NCBI GenBank assembly: GCA_905182325.1
Contig: CAJJBD010000004.1
Location: forward strand, 88,474-152,473
Direction of reading: 5' to 3'
DNA length: 64,000 nt
Source of the DNA: an uncultured Planktomarina sp.
Lineage (GTDB): Bacteria; Pseudomonadota; Alphaproteobacteria; Rhodobacterales; Rhodobacteraceae
Position numbers and translations under genes: made by a program. Under the pieces are notes generated by a model that did not search any database, was not told the DNA's origin, and saw only the letters and a program-made list of their open reading frames with translations. Positions 51,502 through 61,729 of the stretch are shown in pieces. Each line of letters opens with the position of its first letter. The stretch's first letter is position 1.

Positions 51502-52392
51502 TTAAGAAATTGAAGCTTGGTATATACTGTTGATTGTTTCCTCTAACATATTGTGAAACTCTAAGTCGCTTTGTTGGACTGATAGCCCTTCTGTTAGGGC
51601 GCGGGAAAAACTGGCTATCATGGACTTATTTTTAGACAAGCGCCCAATAGCATCAGATCTCTTATAGCCGCCTGAAAGTGCGACTACTGATAAAACATTT
51701 TTATGCTCGGTAAGCTCAAGATAGTGATTTTCGACTTCTGGTAGGGTCAATTTAAGTATTATGGTTTGATTGGTTGGTAACGCATCTAATTGTTTTATAA
51801 TTTCATTTTTTAATATTATTTCGGCTTCAGCTTTATCTGGTATTCCAATTGTGATTTCTGGTTCAAGAATGGGAATAAGGCCATGTTTAAAGATTTGGTT
51901 TCCTATCTCAAACTGTTGTTTCACATTTTTACTAATGCCAGTAGAGTTTGCGGCACCAATCACTGACCGCATTTTAGTACCAAAAAGATTAAGATCAACA
52001 GAACGTTTTAATAAGAAATCAAGATCTGGGATGTCTTTCATTAATTGAACGCCCTCATCAATCTCCATAAGGCCTTTATCCACCTTTATAAAAGGCACAA
52101 CTCCACGCTCCTCCCAAAGATATTGTGCAGATTTTTTTCCTTGAAAATTACGGTTCATGGTATCCTCAAAAAGGATGGCACCAATTACTTTTTTACCTGT
52201 AAACTCTGCTGATATAACAATGCGTTGCCGCATTTCATGGATTAAATCGTACATTTTACTTTCTGATAAAATAGTATTATTAGCAATTCCGTAAGCGGCC
52301 AAAGCTTTTGGTGTGGACCCTCCACTTTGATCAAGTGCTGCAATAAAGCCCTGACCAGCCCTAATTAAGTCGATTTGGTTTTGATTTGGCAT
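51502..52392 (-). CDS. class I fructose-bisphosphate aldolase
   Basis: GFIAALDQSGGSTPKAL, GTKMRS, PILEPE, LSGGY, ASFSRAL. Confidence 0.93.
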   Translation of the reverse strand: MPNQNQIDLIRAGQGFIAALDQSGGSTPKALAAYGIANNTILSESKMYDLIHEMRQRIVISAEFTGKKVIGAILFEDTMNRNFQGKKSAQYLWEERGVVPFIKVDKGLMEIDEGVQLMKDIPDLDFLLKRSVDLNLFGTKMRSVIGAANSTGISKNVKQQFEIGNQIFKHGLIPILEPEITIGIPDKAEAEIILKNEIIKQLDALPTNQTIILKLTLPEVENHYLELTEHKNVLSVVALSGGYKRSDAIGRLSKNKSMIASFSRALTEGLSVQQSDLEFHNMLEETINSIYQASIS

Positions 52393-52468
52393 TCCTTCAA
52401 CTCCATGGAATTAATGAACTTCTGCATTTGTGTAATTCGCATTTGTTAATGCTGCAATATTGATGGCG

Positions 52469-53671
52469 CTAACGGTTTTGAAAAACTCCGGATGGTTTTT
52501 TTAATGCAACTACTCCGGGAAGTTCTTTCCCTTCCATCCATTCTAGAAATGCACCGCCGGCGGTTGAAATATATGTAAAATCTTCTGCAACTCCGGCATG
52601 GTTCAGTGCTGCAACTGTGTCGCCTCCGCCTGCCACTGATGTTATCTTGCCTGATTTAGTTAAATTGGCGACGTTCCGCATGGTAATATTTGTGGCCCGA
52701 TCAAATGGTGCTAATTCGAATGCTCCTAATGGTCCGTTCCAGATGACAGTTTTGGCCTTTGCTAAGCATTGCGAAATTCTAGCCACTGTTTTGTTACCAG
52801 CGTCCAGGATCATGTATTTAGGCGGGCAGGCGTCAGCTTCGACAGTCATATTTTTAGAATTTTTTAAAAATTTTTCTGCCACAACCACATCTGATGGCAG
52901 AATTATTTCACATCCGATGTTATTTGCGCTGCTAATAATTCGGTTCGCGGTAGCTGCCATTCCATGCTCGCAGAGACTTTTACCAACATTATGACCAATT
53001 GCGGCTATAAATGTATTTGCCATAGCCCCACCAATTATCAGATGATCTACTTTGGTTATGAGGTTTTCAAGCAAATCAATCTTTGTAGAAACCTTTGCAC
53101 CTCCTACAACGGCCACAAGCGGGCGCTTTGGCGCCCCAAGCGCCGCTTGTAATGCGTTAAGCTCTGAGGCCATTAGCAGACCCGCACAAGAGGGACGAAT
53201 ATGAGCAAGGCCTGTCGTCGACGCGTGAGCCCGATGAGCCGTGGAGAAGGCATCATTGCAGTAAAGATCACCTAAATTTGCCAGCCTTTGCACTAACGCT
53301 GGATCGTTGATTTCTTCGCCTGGTTCGAAACGGATGTTTTCAATTAAAACAACTTGGTTCTTGCACGTCGCTATAGTGTCCCTAGCTTTGTCTAAGGTTG
53401 TGAGTGTAACGGAACATCCTAGAGCTTTCTCAAGATCAAAAAGTAGTAATCTCAACGACATTTCAGGCATATCTTTACCGTTGGGGCGACCATAATGGGC
53501 GATTAGGATTGGTGTGCCGCCATGTCTCAATATGTGGTGAACAGTTGGGGCAACTCGATCCATTCGAGTACGATCACTAACTACACCACGGTTCATTGGT
53601 ACATTAATATCTATCCGTGTTAGTACACGTCGGCCTTTTAGGTCCATGTCTTCAAGTGTATTCCAGCTCAT
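52469..53671 (-). CDS. pgk: phosphoglycerate kinase
   Basis: [42 protein letters not shown]. Confidence 0.97.
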   Translation of the reverse strand: MSWNTLEDMDLKGRRVLTRIDINVPMNRGVVSDRTRMDRVAPTVHHILRHGGTPILIAHYGRPNGKDMPEMSLRLLLFDLEKALGCSVTLTTLDKARDTIATCKNQVVLIENIRFEPGEEINDPALVQRLANLGDLYCNDAFSTAHRAHASTTGLAHIRPSCAGLLMASELNALQAALGAPKRPLVAVVGGAKVSTKIDLLENLITKVDHLIIGGAMANTFIAAIGHNVGKSLCEHGMAATANRIISSANNIGCEIILPSDVVVAEKFLKNSKNMTVEADACPPKYMILDAGNKTVARISQCLAKAKTVIWNGPLGAFELAPFDRATNITMRNVANLTKSGKITSVAGGGDTVAALNHAGVAEDFTYISTAGGAFLEWMEGKELPGVVALKKPSGVFQNR

Positions 53672-53793
53672 GGTGTTACTCCTGACTTGTTGCCTTTGTT
53701 AACACATGATATGGTTGAAGGGGTCAACCAGTTGGGTCTTTTCCTTTACAATAAATCTCATTATAAAAACTCTTAATGAAAAGGGAGTGCCAA

Positions 53794-54426
53794 ATGTCTG
53801 ACATCAATGATCCGGAAAATACCATTATAATAGAACTCAAAGATGGTACTGTTGCCATTGAGCTTTTGGCTAAGATCGCTCCAAAACATGTTGCTCGCAT
53901 GAAAGAGTTGGCCAGGTCAGGTCAATATGACAATGTTGCTTTTCATCGTGTGATTGAAGGCTTTATGGCGCAAACAGGCGATGTTCAACATGGTGATATG
54001 GAAGATGGTTTCAATCTTCGGATGGCAGGCACTGGTGCGTCGAGCCTTCCAGATCTACCAGCTGAATTTTCAAAGTTGCCGCATGACAGAGGAACCATCG
54101 GCGCTGCTCGATCCCAGAACCCTGATTCTGCGAATAGTCAGTTTTTTATTAACTTCGGTGAAAATCATTTTTTGAATGGCCAATACACCGTTTATGGCCG
54201 CGTTATTTCTGGAATGGAGCATGTGGACGCCATCATGAAGGGTGAGCCGCCTGCGGCGCCGGATCGTATGATTAGTGTGAAAGTGTTGGCTGATCAGAAG
54301 CCAGCAGCTAAAAAGCCAGCAGCTAAAAAGCCAGCAGCTAAAAAGCCAGTAGCTAAAAAGCCAGTAGCTAAAAAACTGGCAACTAAAAAACCGGCAACTA
54401 AAAAACCGGCAGCCAAAAAGAAGTAA
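53794..54426 (+). CDS. cyclophilin-type peptidylprolyl isomerase with Lys/Ala/Pro-rich C-terminal tail
   Basis: FHRVIEGFMAQTGD, SANSQFFI, YTVYGRV; ATG 53794. Confidence 0.93.
   Translation: MSDINDPENTIIIELKDGTVAIELLAKIAPKHVARMKELARSGQYDNVAFHRVIEGFMAQTGDVQHGDMEDGFNLRMAGTGASSLPDLPAEFSKLPHDRGTIGAARSQNPDSANSQFFINFGENHFLNGQYTVYGRVISGMEHVDAIMKGEPPAAPDRMISVKVLADQKPAAKKPAAKKPAAKKPVAKKPVAKKLATKKPATKKPAAKKK
54298..54423 (+). repeat. 15-bp tandem repeat (8 units) encoding KPAAK-type pentapeptides
   Basis: aagccagcagctaaa x3, aagccagtagctaaa x2, then three diverged units. Confidence 0.95.
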
Positions 54427-54432
54427 TATCAA

Positions 54433-54984
54433 ATGCGTAAATTATTATTAATATTTTTGTTTTCGGGAAGCTCAGCATTCTCGGCTGGTTTAGAAATAAC
54501 TATAGCTGGTGAGGGTTTTTCAACAGGTATTGTGCAGATTGACCTTTTAGAGGAAGTAGCACCATTGCACGTCGCTCAAATCACTACACTTGCATCGAAT
54601 GGAACCTATGATGGTGTGGTTTTCCACCGTGTCATTAAGGGCTTTATGGCGCAAACTGGTGACGTTCGTTTTGGTAAGGACGCTAGTGACACGTCCCGTG
54701 CTGGGATGGGGGGGTCAGAGCTGCCCGATGTAACTGCTGAATTTTCGGAGGTGGCTTACGATCGTGGTATTGTTGGAATGGCGAGATCGCAAAGTCCTGA
54801 TAGTGCCAATAGCCAGTTTTTTATTATGTTTGCCCCAGGCTATTTTCTTAATGGCCAATACACTGTTGTGGGTCGGGTGACCAAGGGCATGGATCTAATA
54901 GACCAGCTGAAGCTGGGAGATCCGAGCTCAGGCGCAATCGATGGGATGCCAGATCGAATGCTAAAGGTTTCTGTAATTCAATGA
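54433..54984 (+). CDS. exported cyclophilin-type peptidylprolyl isomerase
   Basis: Signal peptide (MRKLLLIFLF..SAFSA), FHRVIKGFMAQTGD, SANSQFFIM. Confidence 0.92.
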   Translation: MRKLLLIFLFSGSSAFSAGLEITIAGEGFSTGIVQIDLLEEVAPLHVAQITTLASNGTYDGVVFHRVIKGFMAQTGDVRFGKDASDTSRAGMGGSELPDVTAEFSEVAYDRGIVGMARSQSPDSANSQFFIMFAPGYFLNGQYTVVGRVTKGMDLIDQLKLGDPSSGAIDGMPDRMLKVSVIQ

Positions 54985-55185
54985 ACTTTTGGGAAGTTAT
55001 TAGTTAAAAAAAGGCGCTTTTGGATGAGTGGGAGCTAGCGTGTTTTTTACCGTAATAACAGGTTAAAACCAAAAAAGTGTTTCCTTTAATGCTTGGTTTT
55101 TTTACATAAACATAATTTCATGTATTTGCACGCATGCAAAGCAAACAATTATATTTCTCAGATATTTTTAGCTAAATAATTTAAT

Positions 55186-56196
55186 TTAACCGTCAAAATC
55201 AACTTTTTCAATTAACCTTAGCGCATCTGCGCGAAGCTCAGCAATTGAGGTGAGATTGACTGGGTCTGGTTCAAAACTACCCCAGCTTTGTACTAGTGGA
55301 TCTGCGTTTGTTCCTGGCGCAATTGGGTACTCAAAATTATCTGCTGCATATATTTCTTGCGCTTTAGGTGAGGTCAAAAACTCAATTAATTTAACTGCCA
55401 ATGCCCGGTTAGGCGACGCTTTTGTTAATGCAACTCCAGAAATATTTACGTGAGTACCGCCACCTTCAAAAATTGGAAAATTAATAGATGCCGCTTGTGC
55501 CCAAGCTGCTTGTTCTGGGTCATTTAACATTTTTCCCATATAATAGGTATTTCCGAGTGCAATATCACACTCGCCAGACCAAATAGCCTTAATCTGTGCG
55601 CGATCATTACCTTGAGGTTTGCGCGCTAGATTATTTTTCACCGCTTGGAGCCAGGCAAGCGTTTCAGCCTCACTATGGTGATATAAATGTGCGGCGGTTA
55701 ATGCTAGTGTATATGGATGCGTACCAGAACGCGTACAGATACGACCCTTCCATTTTGGGTTCGCTAAATCTTCGTATGTTGTGATGTCTGTTGGTGCTAC
55801 CCTGTCTTTAGAAGCGTAAACTATTCGTGCTCGCGTGGTGAGTCCAAACCAATGCCCATTGGGATCCCTAAAATCTGACGGGACATTTTTGTTTATTGCC
55901 TCGTCATTGAGTGGTTGAGTCAGGCCAGCTTCAACCACGGCATTTAGGCGTGATATATCTACAGTAAAGACTAAATCTGCTGGCGAACGGCTACCTTCAG
56001 CACGCAGGCGTTCAATTAAACCCTTTTTAAGAAAGGCGACGTTCACAGTAATTCCTGTTTCTGCCGTAAACGCACTCGTTAGCGGTTCAATAAGGTGTGG
56101 TTGACGATATGAATATACATTAACCTCCTCAGCAGTGACAAATGTAGACCCCATGTAAAATGATATGAACGCAGCGGCGAAGGTTCGGAACGTCAT
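55186..56196 (-). CDS. Fe(III) ABC transporter substrate-binding protein (FutA/FbpA family)
   Basis: Signal peptide, EVNVYSYRQ, SPAD, ICTRSG.HPY, GNDRAQ, GNTYY Tyr ligands. Confidence 0.9.
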   Translation of the reverse strand: MTFRTFAAAFISFYMGSTFVTAEEVNVYSYRQPHLIEPLTSAFTAETGITVNVAFLKKGLIERLRAEGSRSPADLVFTVDISRLNAVVEAGLTQPLNDEAINKNVPSDFRDPNGHWFGLTTRARIVYASKDRVAPTDITTYEDLANPKWKGRICTRSGTHPYTLALTAAHLYHHSEAETLAWLQAVKNNLARKPQGNDRAQIKAIWSGECDIALGNTYYMGKMLNDPEQAAWAQAASINFPIFEGGGTHVNISGVALTKASPNRALAVKLIEFLTSPKAQEIYAADNFEYPIAPGTNADPLVQSWGSFEPDPVNLTSIAELRADALRLIEKVDFDG

Positions 56197-56253
56197 AGTA
56201 GTCTCCAGTAAAGTTATCCCTGCTGATAGTTTATAAATATAATTACATCAATA

Positions 56254-56272
56254 CCTGACAAAAATAATAAGG
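56254..56272. promoter_or_regulatory. putative iron-responsive (Iron-Rhodo-box/IscR-type) site
   Basis: CCTGACAAAAATAATAAGG, an imperfect 19-bp palindrome upstream of the Fe(III)-binding gene. Confidence 0.45.
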
Positions 56273-57064
56273 TTATTTTTCTTCCTGTTTCACTTCACGC
56301 CATAATGAATCCATTTCGGCCAAGTTGGAAAGTGTGGGTGTACCACCTTTTTCAAAAAGTTTTTTTTCTACTTCATTGAAACGACGGGTAAATTTTTTGT
56401 TTGCATCTCGAAGAGATTGCTCTGGGTCAATCTTTAAATGCCTGGCAAGGTTTACCATGACAAACATTAAATCACCAAATTCCTCGTGTTGATGTTCCGC
56501 ACTTTTTGCTTCAGTTAATTCTATAGCCTCTTCGGATACCTTTTCTAAAACTTTATCTACTTCTGGCCAATCAAAGCCTACTCTGGCCGCACGTTTTTGT
56601 AACTTTGTTGCGCGCGTCAATGCGGGTAGGTTAATAGCGACACCATCCAATGTTCTGGTTTGATTTAAAGTCATACGTTCGTCTGCTTTAATTTCCTCCC
56701 AATCCTGTTTTTGTTTTTCTGCTGATTTTTTGTCGAAAACATGAGGATGTCGGGCTATCATCTTCTCACTTACGCCGTCGGCTATGGATTGTAAGTTAAA
56801 TATACCTTTCTCTTCTCCGATAGCTGCATGGTACACTGTCTGTAGTAAAAGATCGCCTAACTCTCCCTTTAAATCAGCCATATCATCACGTTCGATAGCA
56901 TCCACTACCTCATAAGCTTCTTCGATTGTATATGGTGCGATTGAGGTGAATGTTTGTTGGATATCCCACGGGCATCCTGTTTGCGGATCTCGCAGTCGCC
57001 GCATAATTTGCAGTAACCGTTCAATCCCACCTTCTTTTGCATATACTAAATCGTGATTGTCCAT
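56273..57064 (-). CDS. mazG: nucleoside triphosphate pyrophosphohydrolase
   Basis: LRDP.TGCPWD, EEAYEV, ELGDLL, RHPHVF, second domain EEFGDL. Confidence 0.95.
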   Translation of the reverse strand: MDNHDLVYAKEGGIERLLQIMRRLRDPQTGCPWDIQQTFTSIAPYTIEEAYEVVDAIERDDMADLKGELGDLLLQTVYHAAIGEEKGIFNLQSIADGVSEKMIARHPHVFDKKSAEKQKQDWEEIKADERMTLNQTRTLDGVAINLPALTRATKLQKRAARVGFDWPEVDKVLEKVSEEAIELTEAKSAEHQHEEFGDLMFVMVNLARHLKIDPEQSLRDANKKFTRRFNEVEKKLFEKGGTPTLSNLAEMDSLWREVKQEEK

Positions 57065-57113
57065 TGTATTGCCTCGTTATTTCCGCTTTTCTGAATCTAT
57101 AAGGAGCAAGCTA

Positions 57114-58280
57114 ATGCCTATCGTCAACCGTATCGCTGAATTTGCTGAAGAAATGAAAGCCTGGCGTCGTTATTTACACCAAAATCCAGAATTAGGGTTT
57201 GATTGCCACAATACAGCCAGTTTTGTCGTAGATAGGCTCAAAGAGTTTGGTATTGTAGATATTCATGAGGGTATAGCGCAGTCGGGAGTAGTTGCGTTAA
57301 TACATGGGAGTGCAACGGGTCCGGTTATTGGCCTGCGTGCAGATATGGACGCCCTCCCAATTGAAGAAGCCACTGGCGCCGACTACGCCAGTAAAGTGCC
57401 TGGAAAAATGCACGCCTGTGGGCATGACGGTCACACCACCATGTTATTGGGCGCCGCTCGTTACTTGGCAGAGACCCGTAATTTTTCAGGAACAGTCGCT
57501 CTAATTTTCCAACCTGCTGAAGAAAATGGCGGTGGTGGCGAGGTGATGGTACAAGAAGGTATTTTGGATCAGTTTGAAATTGAAACAGTTTACGCTTTGC
57601 ATACTGAGCCTGGCGCACCAGCTGGACAACTGAGCACTACGTCAGGACCAATTATGGCGGCTGTGGACACATTTGAGCTATATGTAACTGGAGAGGGCGG
57701 ACATGGGGCAATGCCTCATCTTGTAAAAGATGCAATCCCAGCGGCTGTATCAATCACACAGGCGTTTCAAACAATTGTAAGTAGAAATCATAATTCGGTA
57801 GAAGATTTGGTTGTTAGCGTTACACAAATTCATGCTGGAACTATCGACAACGTCATAAATGACAATGCTTTCGTGGGCGGAACCGTAAGGACATTTGCTT
57901 CGCATGTCCAAAATATGGTCGATCGGCGCATGACTGAGATTTGCAAGGGCCACGCTGCGGCCTTTGGTGTTGAAGTACGGTTCGTTTACAACCGTGGTTA
58001 CCCTGCGACTGTAAACTCGGAAATTCAGAGTGCATTTGCAGTAGAGGTCGCGAAAGAAATTTGTGGGGATGCAATGACTGTGTCGGATCGCATCCGAGAT
58101 ATGGGCGCCGAAGATTTTTCTTATTTATTGGAAAAACGACCTGGATGTTACCTATTTTTAGGTCAGGGAGACGGTGCCGCATGGCATAACGCAAAATTTG
58201 ATTTCAATGATGAAGTATCTTCTGTGGGTGCTTCCTTTTTCGCGCGATTGGTGGAGCGTGCACTCCCGTTGGAGACTTAA
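57114..58280 (+). CDS. M20 amidohydrolase (hippurate hydrolase/aminoacylase family)
   Basis: LRADMDALP, MHACGHDGH, FQPAEE, MGAEDF; ATG 57114 after AAGGAG. Confidence 0.92.
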   Translation: MPIVNRIAEFAEEMKAWRRYLHQNPELGFDCHNTASFVVDRLKEFGIVDIHEGIAQSGVVALIHGSATGPVIGLRADMDALPIEEATGADYASKVPGKMHACGHDGHTTMLLGAARYLAETRNFSGTVALIFQPAEENGGGGEVMVQEGILDQFEIETVYALHTEPGAPAGQLSTTSGPIMAAVDTFELYVTGEGGHGAMPHLVKDAIPAAVSITQAFQTIVSRNHNSVEDLVVSVTQIHAGTIDNVINDNAFVGGTVRTFASHVQNMVDRRMTEICKGHAAAFGVEVRFVYNRGYPATVNSEIQSAFAVEVAKEICGDAMTVSDRIRDMGAEDFSYLLEKRPGCYLFLGQGDGAAWHNAKFDFNDEVSSVGASFFARLVERALPLET

Positions 58281-59264
58281 ATGGCTTTAAAAGATTCAGC
58301 ATTTGATGTAGATAACGCGATAACCCGTAAAGGTAAGCGTGGGATGTCTTACGAGAATGCCTTTGGAGGAATCCTATCATTTATGCGTCGTAATTATACG
58401 AAAGATTTAACTGATGTTGACCTTGCTGTTACAGGCATACCATTCGACCAAGCAGTAACTAACCGCCCTGGATCACGTTTTGGCCCGCGTGCAATTCGTG
58501 AGGCGAGTACTCTTCAACCGTGTGACGCGCCCTATGGATGGGACATCAATCCACTTATGGACTTTGATGTCGTTGATTATGGTGATTTGGCTTTTGATTA
58601 TGCTAATGTTGCTGCTTTTCCCGAAAAATTGACTAATCATATTAGTGAAATTCTTGGACAGGGAAGTGGTGTGTTGTCACTTGGTGGAGATCATTACATC
58701 ACTTTCCCAATATTACGTGCCTTTGTAGAGAAATTTGGTCCAATCGCGTTAGTACACTTTGATGCTCATTCGGATACTTGGCCCGATGATGATGTGAGCA
58801 GGATTGACCATGGCACAATGTTTTATAAGGCTGTCAAGGAAGGACTGATCATCCCAAATAAGTCAGTACAGATAGGCATTCGTACCCACAATGATTTTGA
58901 TGCTGGTGTACACGTTATTGATGCGCCGCAGGTACATGAGCAAACACCCAAAATTACAGCCTCACAAGTGAAAGAGATTGTGGGTGACCATCCAGTTTAT
59001 TTAACTTTTGATATTGATTGCTTAGACCCTGCTTTTGCGCCAGGAACCGGTACGCCTGTTTGGGGAGGTCTTTCATCAGCCCAAGCCGCAGGTATCCTTC
59101 GTGATATTCGTGGAATTAATTTGGTTGGAGCGGACGTGGTTGAAGTGTCTCCGCAATTTGACGCCTCAGGTGCAACGGCTATTGCTGGTGCGCATGCGGC
59201 AATGGAATTAATGTGTCTGTATTGTTGGAATTTAAGGTCCAAGCGAAACGATAGCAAAATATAG
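58281..59264 (+). CDS. speB: agmatinase-family ureohydrolase (copy 1)
   Basis: GGDH, DAHSD, DIDCLDPAFAPGTGTP metal-binding motifs. Confidence 0.85.
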   Translation: MALKDSAFDVDNAITRKGKRGMSYENAFGGILSFMRRNYTKDLTDVDLAVTGIPFDQAVTNRPGSRFGPRAIREASTLQPCDAPYGWDINPLMDFDVVDYGDLAFDYANVAAFPEKLTNHISEILGQGSGVLSLGGDHYITFPILRAFVEKFGPIALVHFDAHSDTWPDDDVSRIDHGTMFYKAVKEGLIIPNKSVQIGIRTHNDFDAGVHVIDAPQVHEQTPKITASQVKEIVGDHPVYLTFDIDCLDPAFAPGTGTPVWGGLSSAQAAGILRDIRGINLVGADVVEVSPQFDASGATAIAGAHAAMELMCLYCWNLRSKRNDSKI

Positions 59265-59278
59265 TGGGGAAAACTTTA

Positions 59279-60220
59279 ATGCCAAACCAACCTATCTCAG
59301 GAAATGACATGGCCCGGTTTTCAGGACCACAGACTTTTATGCGATTGCCCGCGGCTACCAGCCCAGAGGGATTAGACGTATGTTTTATGGGTGTCCCTAT
59401 AGATATCGGTACCAGTTGGCGATCTGGCACTCGTTTTGGTCCCAAACAAATTAGGCAAGAAAGTGCAATGATCCGTCCGTACAATTTACAAACAGGCGCG
59501 GCTCCTTTTGATAGCCTTCAGATCGCAGATTTAGGTGATGTAGGTATAAATACGTTCTCGTTAAAAGATAGTTTGAAGATCATCGAAACTGCATATGATC
59601 GCTTGCATAATTATTCAGTTGTGCCGGCTACAATGGGTGGCGATCACTCACTTACCCTGCCAATTTTAAGGTCTTTAGCAAAAAAATATGGGCCTGTAGC
59701 ATTGGTTCACGTTGACGCGCATGCAGATGTAAATGATGAAATGTTTGGAGAGCGTGAAACTCATGGCACTGTGTTTCGCCGGGCCTATGAGGAGGGACTT
59801 CTGGTACCAGATTTAGTATTTCAGGTTGGCTTGCGTGGCACTGGATATACAGCTTCAGATTTTTCTGAAGCAGCGGGCTGGGGTTTTAATATGATTACTG
59901 CACCTGACATTTGGCACAAATCCCTGACACCACTGGGAACAAAGGTAAAAAATGCAATAGGGGATCACCCCTGTTATTTCACCTATGATATAGATAGCCT
60001 GGACCCTGCCTATGCCCCAGGTACTGGAACACCTGAGATTGGAGGTCTAACCACTCCTCAGGCAATGGAATTTATCCGTGCACTGTGGGGCCTTAATATT
60101 GTGGGTTTTGATATGGTTGAAGTGAGCCCAATGTATGACACTTCTGGAAATACAGCACTAACTGCAGCTAATTTAATGTTTGAAATTCTTAGTATTTTAC
60201 CTGGTGTAAAGTTTCGGTAA
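59279..60220 (+). CDS. agmatinase/guanidinobutyrase-like ureohydrolase (copy 2)
   Basis: NQPISGNDMARFSG..TFMRLP N-terminus, GGDH, DAHAD, DIDSLDP; start 59279 (GTG 59264 possible). Confidence 0.85.
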   Translation: MPNQPISGNDMARFSGPQTFMRLPAATSPEGLDVCFMGVPIDIGTSWRSGTRFGPKQIRQESAMIRPYNLQTGAAPFDSLQIADLGDVGINTFSLKDSLKIIETAYDRLHNYSVVPATMGGDHSLTLPILRSLAKKYGPVALVHVDAHADVNDEMFGERETHGTVFRRAYEEGLLVPDLVFQVGLRGTGYTASDFSEAAGWGFNMITAPDIWHKSLTPLGTKVKNAIGDHPCYFTYDIDSLDPAYAPGTGTPEIGGLTTPQAMEFIRALWGLNIVGFDMVEVSPMYDTSGNTALTAANLMFEILSILPGVKFR

Positions 60221-60239
60221 ATTTAATTTAGGCATTAAA

Positions 60240-60620
60240 TTGAAAATAATATATCTTTTTTTAATTACTTTCATTTGTTTGCAGGCTGTTATTCGGCTTT
60301 GGCCATTGACCAATAGCCCGTGGGATAACAATAGTTTGTCTGATGGCTCATTTGAGGTGACTAAATTGGGAGGATATTATATTTTGCAAAATGACATTTA
60401 TTTTGATGATTTGAAAAATAAAATTTTACAGACCCCTCGGTTTCGAATTATTTCAGATGGTCCGTTGTTTGTTGGCATCGTGCGCTCTTGGTTTTGGGGG
60501 TTTCCTGACATGATTGAGCTTTGGTATGACGACGGTGTTCATGTTCGTGGCCATCTTATGTTTGGACTTTATGACCTAGGTGCAAATAAAAAACGTATAT
60601 TGGCATGGTTGGACTACTAG
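60240..60620 (+). CDS. DUF1499-like membrane protein
   Basis: N-terminal TM, TPR..., RS..WGFPD, DLGAN..RI..WL pattern. Confidence 0.65.
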   Translation: MKIIYLFLITFICLQAVIRLWPLTNSPWDNNSLSDGSFEVTKLGGYYILQNDIYFDDLKNKILQTPRFRIISDGPLFVGIVRSWFWGFPDMIELWYDDGVHVRGHLMFGLYDLGANKKRILAWLDY

Positions 60621-60679
60621 TTTGTTAATTGTGACAAGCTACAGCTCGACTTAACTCCACACAAAGGCAAATTGAAAGT

Positions 60680-61729
60680 ATGATAACAGACGATATATTA
60701 ATCCAAATTACGCAACGGTTTGAGTTTTTGGAAGCACAAATGGCTGAAGGGTCAAGCGATATAGCAAAATTAGCTAAAGAGTATTCTGATTTGAAGCCAG
60801 TAGTGGAAGAAGTAAGAGCCTACCAAGGTTTAGTGCGTGATATTGCTGATGCTGAGGCCATGTTGGAAGACTTGGAAATGCGCGAATTAGCAAAAGAAGA
60901 ACTGCCCACACTACGAGCTGCTCTACCAAAAGCAGAATATAATTTACAACTTACACTTCTGCCTAAAGATTCTGCTGATGCTCGCTCTGTAATTATGGAA
61001 ATTCGACCTGGGACTGGTGGTGATGAAGCTGCTCTGTTTGCAGGAGATTTGATGCGTATGTACCAACGTTATGTAGAAACCCAGGGTTGGAGCTTTCAAG
61101 TAGTGGAAAGTCAAATTACTGAGTTGGGTGGTCTCAAACAGCTTGTAGTTAATATTAAGGGTGCTGGCGTCTTTGCCAAATTAAAATATGAGTCGGGTGT
61201 TCATCGTGTCCAGCGCGTGCCGACTACTGAAAGTGGTGGGCGTGTGCATACTTCTGCGGCGACTGTTGCAGTCTTGCCTGAGGCAGAAGACGTAGATATT
61301 CATGTTGAAAATAGCGATATCCGTATTGATACTATGCGAGCAAGCGGAGCTGGTGGCCAACACGTCAATACCACAGACTCTGCAGTACGAATAACCCACC
61401 TACCCACTGGGTTAATTGTTGTCAGCGCTGAGAAATCCCAACATCGAAACCGAGAGATTGCGATGCAAGTTTTAAAGACTAGGCTTTATGACTTGGAGCG
61501 CGCAAGGGTGGACGGCGAACGTTCTGCTAACCGGAAGTCTCAAGTTGGATCTGGGGACCGTTCGGAACGAATCCGGACATATAATTTCCCACAAGGCAGG
61601 ATGACAGACCACAGGATTGGTTTGACGTTATATCGTTTAGAACAAATTCTTCACGGCGACCTTGATGAAATTATTGATGCTCTAACGGCTGAGGCTCAAG
61701 CCAAATTATTAGCAGAAATGAGTGCATGA
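60680..61729 (+). CDS. prfA: peptide chain release factor 1
   Basis: PxT motif (VQRVPTTE), [20 protein letters not shown]. Confidence 0.97.
   Translation: MITDDILIQITQRFEFLEAQMAEGSSDIAKLAKEYSDLKPVVEEVRAYQGLVRDIADAEAMLEDLEMRELAKEELPTLRAALPKAEYNLQLTLLPKDSADARSVIMEIRPGTGGDEAALFAGDLMRMYQRYVETQGWSFQVVESQITELGGLKQLVVNIKGAGVFAKLKYESGVHRVQRVPTTESGGRVHTSAATVAVLPEAEDVDIHVENSDIRIDTMRASGAGGQHVNTTDSAVRITHLPTGLIVVSAEKSQHRNREIAMQVLKTRLYDLERARVDGERSANRKSQVGSGDRSERIRTYNFPQGRMTDHRIGLTLYRLEQILHGDLDEIIDALTAEAQAKLLAEMSA

Noticed and set aside
54298-54423. Short repeat arrays as CRISPR
   Set aside because: Units are contiguous, in frame and have no spacers; no cas genes in the window.
58281-60220. Tandem ureohydrolases as a metformin-hydrolase-like (MfmAB) active/inactive pair
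   Set aside because: Both copies retain complete metal-binding motifs, unlike the degenerate partner subunit of that system.
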